Program-made: the position numbers and the translations under genes
Origin: Amoebophrya sp. A120
Taxonomy: Eukaryota; Protista; Dinoflagellata
NCBI GenBank assembly: GCA_905178155.1
Contig: CAJINV010000002.1
Span: forward strand, 11,200,634 to 11,264,633
Reading direction: 5' to 3'
DNA length: 64,000 bases
The notes under the pieces: model-generated
What the model saw: the letters and a program-made list of their open reading frames with translations, nothing else
What the model was told of the DNA's origin: nothing
The model's database searches: none
Shown here: positions 50,401-60,700 of the stretch, one piece after another
Numbering within the stretch: position 1 is the first letter of the stretch
Layout: each line of letters begins with the position of its first letter

Positions 50401-53355
50401 TTGCATCATTTCGGCGGGAGGTCTCCCTCCAGCGAGACGAGAGCTGCTGTTGCGTCCCTCTCCTGTTTTCTCGGCGTGGATAGCCGCACCCTGGAGAAGG
50501 TTCATCAGGTCCGGCAGCGCGTCCGACGTGATAAGCCACTGGAAAATCTCCGCGGTTTCTGCCCTGCCGTTACCCGCTTGTTGCAGCACACGCGTCAGCA
50601 GCTGCAGTACGAGGTCGGCACACCCGGTGGACAGCAACTGGCCGAAAAAAAAGAAGCTCGTTTGCAGGTCCAACTGCGTCAGTCGCTGCGCAACTTCCCG
50701 GTCTTGCTTCAGCAGGTCGCACAGCCACAGACGCAACCCCATGGACAGGCTCTGCATCGGCTGGAGTACCACGTCGCTGGAAGGAAATTCCGACTCCAGA
50801 ACCACGTCGTACAGCAGGGTGCGGCGCTGCCTCTGCAGCGCACTGGGTGGCAGCGACAGGGACGGCTTTGGGTATGGAATTGTCACAAATGCGGACCACA
50901 ATTGGATCAGGTGTAGCGTCCGACAAGAAGACCTTGCCCTTGGCCATACTAACTAGTAACGCGCTCCTCCTTTACTTAGCGCTAAGTAAATACAAGCGTT
51001 GAATATCACTTGTGTAAATAATCGTTTACTTCACACCTGTACCTGACCGCAAAGTGCACTATCCTACTTTCAGGCGATAACAAAACGAGCGCGACGGCCT
51101 CCTGTGGTTGCAGTTGGAGGGTCTTCATGAGCGTCAAGGACACGAAGGTGTCCCACTCGCTCGTGTGAACAGACTCTTTTTGCTCCCCAACACGGCGCAG
51201 CAGGTCCAACATTTTCTGCTCCGTTTTTTGCGCGGGCGTATCTTCCGTCTCGGAGATCGCAGGCGTGTCGTACGTATCCTGTGCAAAAGTATCGTACTCG
51301 TACTAATTGCTTTTATGCATTACAAATCTTTTTCTGAAGGCAAATCCGCATTACAAATTTTTTTTTGTAATGCTGAGCTAATTTGTGTTGCAATTTATAC
51401 TAGTACGATGCTTCTGCACAGGATAGTACGCGGCAGGCTCGACGAGGACCGACACCTCTTCAAAAGCCGAGCCGGCAGGCGCGGTCAAGCGCGGCGTTGG
51501 ATTTGCTTTGTGGTACACGCCTGGTTCATCATCTACTTCTGCAGTAGGTCGTCCACCAAGTTCATCGCCTTGGTGTGGTGCCTCATCGGTAAATCCGTGT
51601 AAATAATCAAGGTGCAGTGCTGGTCCGCCGTGGCCCGCGGTGATGTCCGCATCTTGCTCGAAGGCCAAAGAAAAGCTACTGCCGTCGTCGGCACCACCTT
51701 GTGCGCCGAGAAACTTGCCGCCGAAGTCGTTTTTATCGGATAGCTTTGCTCCTCCGCCTTTTTTACTACTCGCGCCTTTAGCTACCGCTGCGCCTTTCTT
51801 TGAGCTTGCTCCTTTTTTGCCGGGAGCCGCCAGGGAAGCAGCGCTGGAGTCAAGCGGACCCGCGGAAATTTGCTTTCCTTGCCCCTTTATTGCCTTTCCA
51901 CCGCCGTCGAGAGACGACTTAGTGGATTTGCTTTTACCTTTGCCGCCCTTCTCTCCTTTTTTCTTTCCCTTTGCTTTGGCTCCAGCATTCTCTTGGACAG
52001 AGGAATCCGCTCCGATTATTTCCAAAGTGACTCCCTCGGTACTCGCAGGAGGCGTGCTTGGCAAGAATTGCGGGCCTTTCTTCATCGACGCAGCGTCTTT
52101 TCCACCTTTTGTCTTTCCCTTTCCTATGCCCTTGAGCTCGCCCTGTTTGCCGCTCGATTTTTTTCCTTTTCCGTCCTTCGTGCCCGTAATAGTTCCGGCG
52201 TCCTCGTCGTCCGCCAGTGAAGATTTTACGCCTGCTTTACCAACTTTACTTGCAGCCTTGCTACCCACTGATCCTTTTCCCTGCAAGCCGGTATCCGGGC
52301 GCGGGCCGCCTACGTCTTTGGATGATGCTTTGCTACCCTTGCTTTTGGAGGCAGATGCACCCTTCTTGACGCCAGATGGTTTTGCGCCACCCTTTCCACC
52401 CACGGCATCTTCCCCGGCTGCGGCTTCTCCTGCTTCGTCTGCGCCGAATGCTGCAGAATCCTTCTGACTTCCTTTTTTGCCCTTTATGCCAACCGGGGCA
52501 GAGGCCACGGCTGCGTCCTTGCCTTTTCCTTTTTTCATGCTGCCCTTGTTATTTGATGTTGGGCCCTTTGTTGCTACGTCTTCGTCTTCGCCGGCTCCGG
52601 CCTCGGAAGCGGGTTTACTAGGAGCGCCTTTCTTTCCTGTCGACTCTGCCGACTTACCTTTTGCCTTGGACTTGCCTTTTGCTTTCGCTACATTTGTGTG
52701 ATCGAACGTGATGTCGTTCTTATCCTGGCTTTGCGCGTCTTTGCCGGGTCCGACCAACCCCGCCTTGCTTCCTTTTTTTCCGGTCACTGATGGCCACACG
52801 ATCAAAAGAAAAACTTCTGTCGCTGGTCTCGCTGAAGGTGAAGATGTTAGATAGTGACGTTCATCACGAGTACTATTTCGGTTTCAACCAACATACAAGA
52901 CAAGATTAAGTACGTAGCCTAGATCAATCTTTATGAGCTGTCCGGTATGCGTTGCATCATCTCACAGATACCGCGTCGGCGTGAAACAGGGGGTGCTAGT
53001 TTGCTCATGATTTCGAACTATCCGAGTCGCGCTTCGCAGCTTACTAATACTAACAACTACGGGCTCTAAATAAAATGAGACGCAATTTGAATTTAGCATC
53101 CTGCGAGAAGATGATATCAGCAAAGTTTTCTCGCTTCATAGCAGCTCCGCGTGGCGAAGTGAGAGACGCGTCGGCTTCTTCCGGCTTTTTGCCTGCTTTG
53201 TGCTTTCCGCCCTTTCCTTTTTTTGTTGCTTGCAGACCTCCTCCTGCAACGCCCTTACCCTTGCCTTTATTCTGCGTCGCCGTAGCCAGTGCTCCTTTGC
53301 TGTTCTTTCCCGCTTTGCCGGGCGAAGAGGGAGACTGCGCCCCTTTCATCGTCAC
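47431..53355 (-). CDS. Large multi-exon hypothetical protein: Lys/Gly-rich N-terminal region and Leu-rich helical C-terminal region; start unresolved
   Basis: Colinear minus-strand ORFs at 53050-53355, 51378-52805, 51006-51212, 49891-50901, 49236-49928 and 47431-47889. In-frame joins across introners give VEPAAY|DTPAISE, FLEQP|YVPVG and AELL|LKQLDV. Confidence 0.65.
48685..49001 (-). mobile_element. Introner-like non-canonical intron with ~57-bp terminal inverted repeats, direct repeat AGGAGC
   Basis: ctatggatgtgtcaggatcgaaatcgacaatatcgaaaaacttgtgatgcataaaat pairs with attttatgcatcacaaatctttcgattttgtcaatttcgattctgacacttccatag. The direct repeat lies at 48685-48690 and 48996-49001. Confidence 0.9.
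49032..49280 (-). mobile_element. Introner-like non-canonical intron with ~40-bp terminal inverted repeats, direct repeat GGCTG
   Basis: tatgggctctcaaacgttacattctcaactgttgcatga pairs with tcatgtaacagttgagaatgtaacgtttgagaacgccata. The direct repeat lies at 49032-49036 and 49276-49280. Confidence 0.9.
51270..51430 (-). mobile_element. Introner-like non-canonical intron with ~36-bp terminal inverted repeats, direct repeat GTACG
   Basis: tatcctgtgcaaaagtatcgtactcgtactaattgc pairs with gcaatttatactagtacgatgcttctgcacaggata. The direct repeat lies at 51270-51274 and 51426-51430. Confidence 0.9.
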
Positions 53356-54886
53356 GTTCGTGCACGCGCTGGTGCTCTACAGCAAGCTCAGAACTTTCCA
53401 ATCATGCGGCAGCGGCTTCGCGTTACTACCGTTCGTCTCTCGCTGGAACGAACGTTGCGACAGCTCGGAAAACGAGTTTCGACCGTTAGGGGACAAAGAG
53501 ATTCCTACCCAAAGGCAGTGCTGCCTGGTGCCGGAGGACCGGTCGCGCAACGTGCTCCTGCCTCCAGGTTCAGTGAGTTCGTCCTAGTACAAGCCAGCCA
53601 TTATAGCCGCGGTCGATTGTGAAGGCCGGATGCTCCAAGAACGCAAGCGTGATTTTATCACACTTTGAGTCTTCTTCTTGATGTTGGCCACTTCACCTTC
53701 ATACCTGGCACTTTCAGAGAAACGACTAAGCTTGCAAATTTGCAGAAGAGAAGCAAAGTAGAGCACAACGGAAACTGTTGTTCTCACTCTCAAAAGTTGT
53801 GAACTTCAACTCTCACAGAATAGATACGGAGATGTTGAAGGACCTTCGGCTACACTCGGAGACGTGCTGACGCTACGAGTGGTGCAAAAACAAATACTAC
53901 CCTCGTAGCGGCAGCAAGTATGGCTTCATCTCCATTGATACATTGACTATGCGCAGTGGCAGTACAGCTCGAAAAAAATGGCGCCCACTCAACGTCGTTT
54001 TCCTTGGCAATCGCCAATTTCGTCAAGAAAAAAAACAGGCTCACGAATCACGATCGCTCCCCTGCTGATTCTCAGTTAGAGTTACGCGATGTTGTATCCC
54101 ATATGAGGACGATGTTATTGAACTTGAAGTAGACCGGACACAAGAATCACAATGGCGCAAAAGACAGAAAGACCACGAGGAAAAAACCCATGCTTATCTG
54201 TACGCACTTCTCAGAGTCAGAAGATACGCATAGAGTGAATAGGAATATGGGCCATTCACACATCCAGGTTTTTGCTGGGCGGCAGGAAGCTGAAAGCCTA
54301 ATATGGCTATCGAGTTTTTTCAAGTGATTTTCTGGATATAGTACTTGTGGTCGTATTAAGTGCCCACTCATGGAAATCCACATCCTCATTTTTTTCTCAA
54401 TTCTGATTTAACCAGCAAACCCAGCAGAGTGATTTTACAATAGGGCTGAGTTGTACTTAGTGCCCAGCAACATGTTTTGCGTTCGGCTGACTGTGTCAGC
54501 GCATGGCCAGAATGTGTTGCGCTTTCGATCATGCAGACAGCCTCAGCCAGCAATGGCACTACAATTGCTGCTCCATCTTCTGTTTCATTTGCGGTCGGTC
54601 CTTGAGTGAGAGATGCCTTGGTACCTCAAGATGATCTTTTTGCTTTTTTCTTCTTGAATACTTGGCTCGTCCTCTGTACCGGGTTTGGTGCATCGTGAAC
54701 TCGACTCTCTATACTTCAAGATGATTTGAAAAACACTTAAATAATCAATTGCGAAAACCACGAAAAAATATCTTACAAACCCGCCCCCTGCAGCAATAAA
54801 AATGTTCACGTGCCTCCATAAATTGGATCGTCATTGCGACGTTTTCTAGCGTCTCTGATTTGAAGGCTTGTTCAAAGGATGGCACA

Positions 54887-57104
54887 TTAGCCCGAGTGTT
54901 GCTGCAGTGGGTAGGGTATCAAATGTAAAAGTGTCTGGGTCTGGAAGAATGCGAGCTCTGTCATGCTAGTCTGGCATGGCTCTTTAAATCTGTCATGCAC
55001 GTTACCCAAGAGCCCCACGTTGCTGTCATGCAGAAACGCAGTTTGACATGCAGAATAGGCAACACCTAAAAGCTCAAAAGCTTGTCATGCTGAGCCAGCA
55101 CTTGTGGAATCTTCATGATACGCCACCCAGCATCACAAGTTTCCAGACCCAGACATTTTTACAGTCCATACAGGGTACGGGAGGGGGTCCGAAACTCGTA
55201 TTCAGGGGCGTGGTGGCGTTCTGGCGACAGTCGAGGAAAAACTGCTTCTTCACCACACCAGGCTCAGTTGTCGGACACGTCGCGTAGCTGCACTGCGGGC
55301 AGTGACCACCCGTGACGCAGTCATTGAGGCCCACATCGTGGCGCGTGGTGTTCAGGCTGCAGCCGAGGTACTCGTGAAGGACAGGTGGGTTGCCGTTTGA
55401 TTTGCCCATAGCGGGCGTCATCGGTCCAATGTCCAGCTCAAACTTCTTGTGTAACCACGCGTTCACCACGTTACCCTGAGCGTCCCGTTGGGTGTCGCAG
55501 ATCCAGGCAATTTCCATCATGTCCCACCCCAGCGCGGGCACGCCTTGCGAGTGGTCGAAGGCAAACATCTTGCCGCAGGTGACGTTGTCAGGCAGAGTCG
55601 AGTTTACGTCGGTTGCATTGGAAACTATGGTTCCGCTCATGTTCACGGCGGTGGGATTTCTCTTCTGCTCCATGCGCGATTGTTGGAATTTCTTCTTGGC
55701 CATCAGCTGCATGTCTAGCGCGCGCGGAGTGGGTGCGGTCCCGGGTGGAGATTGACTGCCGTAGTCGCCGAAGATCTCCGCTTCTAGCTGTCGCTGCTCT
55801 GCGTACTCATGCGCGAGATCGTCCACGCCATCCGTTTCTGTCTTACCATTCACCAGCAGCACGCTGTGCGGCGATTGCGCCTGCTTCGTGGCCAGAAAGT
55901 TCCTCGTTATGGCGCTTCCGCTTTTGCCGGGAAGCCCGGTGGTGACGCTGATGCCCTGCGCAACCTCGTTGAGGGTCTCGGGATTCGTGTGCAGGCTGTT
56001 TGTCGTGACGAGCTCCGTGTCTGTGAGAAAATCCATGTCTTTCTCATCCTCTGCGCGACTGGCGTCCGTGAGAAACGCGTCTTCCCCCCGATTCCTGGCC
56101 TCGATCGCATCTGCTTCTCGCTGCTGCTTCGACTTCGGTGGCGTCGCGCCTGCTTCCTTCCCAGCGACCCGAGCTCCGTAGTACGCGTTGAGGGGGTTTT
56201 GTTGCTTCTTGAACTTCTCGACCAAGCTTGATTTCGACGCGGAAGCCGGTATGTTGTACACGTCAGTTCGAAAGGATCGAAGCAAAAAACTACGCCAGTG
56301 CAAAGCTGTAACTGTACTATTGTAATAGAACGGCATCACGTTGTTCATGCACGGAGGCCGGGACAGTTGCTATATGTGCCACAGAGCCAGCAAGGGTCCA
56401 TCTCCATGCAAAAGGAACACGTCGTGATAGCTAGTGCTACTTGTACTTAGTTGCCATACACAACCAGGGCACGTTTGTTTTTGCCAGCGCGGATAAAACT
56501 AAATGAATTGCTCCACCCGTCGTGTATGTTGTCAATGGTGCAGCTGCAGCTGTTTTGGATTCAACATGAAATAAGGCAAACGACAAGATTGAAGTTGCAC
56601 CTTGCACTGACAAAAGCTCTTTTGCTGGGATATTCCCGGAATGCGGTGGAGCCTCACCAAGCCACTGGTGAGCTGACTCGGCGCGAACTCGTCAGACGCG
56701 GGCGATTGGAGGCTTTGCTCGAGCTCCTCGTCCGCATACATTGCCGCGTCCTCAAATTCCCCGCCAAGCCCATCCCCGCCTGGAAGCGTCGGGGAGAAAA
56801 AGCTCGAATCTGGCTCGGCAGAACCAAGAACGCCCCCGCCGAGGGTTCCGCTATTCGGTAGCGGTATCTTGCTCCTGCTCCTGCTGTTTTTGTTGCTCAT
56901 CTTCATGCTTCTCACTGTCATCGCGCCTTGCTGCCTCCGGGTTTGGTGTCCCTGCTCTCTCTTCACTTGCCTCCTGGAGCCGTCTTTGTCTTTCAGCTTT
57001 TTCTCTGAAATGTTTTTGCGGCCCGACACAGTATTTTTGCGTTTGCTTACGACCGTGCCTGAGGCGAGGACGGCACCCAGAAGCAAAGCAAAAATCATCG
57101 GCAT
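54887..57104 (-). CDS. Secreted hypothetical protein with Cys-rich C-terminal domain (multi-exon)
   Basis: Signal-like MPMIFALLLGAVLASG in ORF 56532-57137, followed by a 411-aa ORF (55113-56348) with a Cys cluster. Removing the 54913-55177 introner gives ...GPPPVP|YPLQQHSG* with the stop at 54887-54889. Confidence 0.65.
54913..55177 (-). mobile_element. Introner-like intron with ~30-bp terminal inverted repeats, direct repeat AGGGTA
   Basis: tatcaaatgtaaaagtgtctgggtctggaa pairs with ttccagacccagacatttttacagtccata. AGGGTA lies at 54913-54918 and 55172-55177. Confidence 0.8.
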
Positions 57105-57746
57105 CCTCAAATAAATAGTAGTTTCTCCGTGCTGCACGTCCTTGACTTCGGATTTTTTTGTCCGCAGTCAATGCAAATGCATCTACTAAGAGTGATTGAT
57201 TATAAATGGTGAAGCACGCGCAACAATGTCAATGTGACGACTTTTCCATGTTCATTCTATGTTCATGCAAATCCAGCCGTCCGGTTTTTTTTTGTAGTAG
57301 CGAAAAACTGATTTGATTTTCCCGTCGGTTACCCTACAGTCGCTCTGTTTTTCATCTGTCTCAAAACTTTTTTTCGTTGGTCTCACACGACGCCTCCTCT
57401 CATGAGCACAAGAAAACGAGACACCAGACGGCGCGACTAGGATGCCTAAAATTGACAAGATTACCATGTTGACACGCCGGGAAGCAAGGACAACAGAGGT
57501 TTTCGACTGCAAATCTCGATACAGAGTTGCACGAAGCTCAGACTCTTGAGTATGTAGGAGTTGAACATGAACTCGATTACTCGTTATATTCGCCCGGACG
57601 ATGATGTAGATGGACAGGTACTGCGTACCTAGACTCAACATCTCCGGGAAGCCTCTCTACTCTAATTATTGCTGTTCTATGGATGACGAGCTTCTTCGTT
57701 TGACGAAGCGGAATCAACATGGCGCCATGTCTTTTATAATTTATAT

Positions 57747-60700
57747 CGGACGTCGATAAATATTACTAAACAAATGGGAGTGCGTCCCCGGGCCCCTTGT
57801 TGAATCCGAAAAATGCTGTGGGTCGTGCTAATAATTCCTCAACTTTCTCGCGCCCGCTCTTTTTCTCTTGAGAAGAATGTCCGGCGCGCCCTTCGTTTTT
57901 TTTGAGAAGATTCAAAGGGGGCGCGGGGGTCCGAAAGTTCAAGAATATTTATCAATATCCGTACAGATTTCAGAAAGAAATCTAGAACAGATTTCCCCGG
58001 CTATTCTTCAGCGACTTCCCCCCATCGTGTCTCGTTTTTTTTACCTTTCTGGCGCGCTTCTTCTCGGCGCGCGAGGTTTTGCATTTGCTTGCGCGCGACC
58101 TCCGACGCGCCGGAGCGAGGCCGCGCACGGCTTGGAAAGCAAGAGCGCAAACGACGCGCCCCGCGTTCTGTCCTGCGCTTGCGCCAGTGCCGCTCCTTAG
58201 TAAAGCAAATTCTGCAGCATCCAAGACAGCGCGACTGTGCCGCCGCTGGCGACTGGCAGGTCTGGCATGCCAGACCTGCCAACCCAAAAGAAAAAAAAGA
58301 AGAATCAAAATTCTTTTTTTTTTGTTTTTGGGTTGGCAGGTCTGGCATGCCAGACCTGCCAGTCGCCAGCGGCGGCACAGTCGCGCTGTCTTGGATGCTG
58401 CAGAATTTGCTTTACTAAGGAGCGGCACTGGCGCAAGCGCAGGACAGAACGCGGGGCGCGTCGTTTGCGCTCTTGCTTTCCAAGCCGTGCGCGGCCTCGC
58501 TCCGGCGCGTCGGAGGTCGCGCGCAAGCAAATGCAAAACCTCGCGCGCCGAGAAGAAGCGCGCCAGAAAGGTAAAAAAAACGAGACACGATGGGGGGAAG
58601 TCGCTGAAGAATAGCCGGGGAAATCTGTTCTAGATTTCTTTCTGAAATCTGTACGGATATTGATAAATATTCTTGAACTTTCGGACCCCCGCGCCCCCTT
58701 TGAATCTTCTCAAAAAAAACGAAGGGCGCGCCGGACATTCTTCTCAAGAGAAAAAGAGCGGGCGCGAGAAAGTTGAGGAATTATTAGCACGACCCACAGC
58801 ATTTTTCGGATTCAACAAGGGGTCCGGGGACGCACTCCCATTTGTTTAGTAATATTTATCGACATCCGTACGGAATTCAGAAAGAAATCTAGAACAGATT
58901 TCCGCGGCTATTCTGCAGCGACCTCCTCCCATCGTTGCTCATTTTCCTGCGCTTTTTGCCGCGTCCCTTCTCGGCGCGCGTGGTTTTGCATTTGCTTACG
59001 CGCGACCTCCGGCGCGCCGCACTAGTAGAGCGCTACTCTAAGGGGAGCCGCGTGGTCTCTCGCGAAGAAGAGCGAGGACCCTCCTCTACTTCAAATAGAT
59101 TATCTTTTTGAAGACGAAGACTATCCGACCCGTGAAGCAGATCTTATTCTTCTCGCGGATCGTCCTCCTCTTCAGGAAGTAAGATCATCTTTCAGAAGAA
59201 GAGGATCTTCCTACTCGTGTAGAAGATCTGCTTCTTCTCGAGGATCGTCTTCTTCTTCAAAAAGAAGAAGATCTTCCTCTTCGTGAAGCCCAAAGCGCGC
59301 CATGCGCTCCTGCAGAACTTTATCCCCGACGGCGTGATGCGTCGGGGGCGCAAAAAAAGCCAACGAATCTGCCGGCTCGCGTTAAAATGGTTGGCAGGTC
59401 TGGCATGCCAGACCTGCCAACCCAAAAACAAAAAAAGAAGAATTTTGATTCTTCTTTTTTTTCTTTTGGGTTGGCAGGTCTGGCATGCCAGACCTGCCAA
59501 CCATTTTAACGCGAGCCGGCAGATTCGTTGGCTTTTTTTGCGCCCCCGACGCATCACGCCGTCGGGGATAAAGTTCTGCAGGAGCGCATGGCGCGCTTTG
59601 GGCTTCACGAAGAGGAAGATCTTCTTCTTTTTGAAGAAGAAGACGATCCTCGAGAAGAAGCAGATCTTCTACACGAGTAGGAAGATCCTCTTCTTCTGAA
59701 AGATGATCTTACTTCCTGAAGAGGAGGACGATCCGCGAGAAGAATAAGATCTGCTTCACGGGTCGGATAGTCTTCGTCTTCAAAAAGATAATCTATTTGA
59801 AGTAGAGGAGGGTCCTCGCTCTTCTTCGCGAGAGACCACGCGGCTCCCCTTAGAGTAGCGCTCTACTAGTGCGGCGCGCCGGAGGTCGCGCGTAAGCAAA
59901 TGCAAAACCACGCGCGCCGAGAAGGGACGCGGCAAAAAGCGCAGGAAAATGAGCAACGATGGGAGGAGGTCGCTGCAGAATAGCCGCGGAAATCTGTTCT
60001 AGATTTCTTTCTGAATTCCGTACGGATGTCGATAAATATTACTAAACAAATGGGAGTGCGTCCCCGGACCCCTTGTTGAATCCGAAAAATGCTGTGGGTC
60101 GTGCTAATAATTCCTCAACTTTCTCGCGCCCGCTCTTTTTCTCTTGAGAAGAATGTCCGGCGCGCCCTTCGTTTTTTTTGAGAAGATTCAAAGGGGGCGC
60201 GGGGGTCCGAAAGTTCAAGAATATTTATCAATATCCGTACAGATTTCAGAAAGAAATCTAGAACAGATTTCCCCGGCTATTCTTCAGCGACTTCCCCCCA
60301 TCGTGTCTCGTTTTTTTTACCTTTCTGGCGCGCTTCTTCTCGGCGCGCGAGGTTTTGCATTTGCTTGCGCGCGACCTCCGACGCGCCGGAGCGAGGCCGC
60401 GCACGGCTTGGAAAGCAAGAGCGCAAACGACGCGCCCCGCGTTCTGTCCTGCGCTTGCGCCAGTGCCGCTCCTTAGTAAAGCAAATTCTGCAGCATCCAA
60501 GACAGCGCGACTGTGCCGCCGCTGGCGACTGGCAGGTCTGGCATGCCAGACCTGCCAACCCAAAAGAAAAAAAAGAAGAATCAAAATTCTTTTTTTTTTG
60601 TTTTTGGGTTGGCAGGTCTGGCATGCCAGACCTGCCAGTCGCCAGCGGCGGCACAGTCGCGCTGTCTTGGATGCTGCAGAATTTGCTTTACTAAGGAGCG

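Noticed and set aside
54969-54978. gtctggcatg in an introner, matching part of palindrome P
   Set aside because: A 10-bp match is too short to link the introners to the palindromic array.
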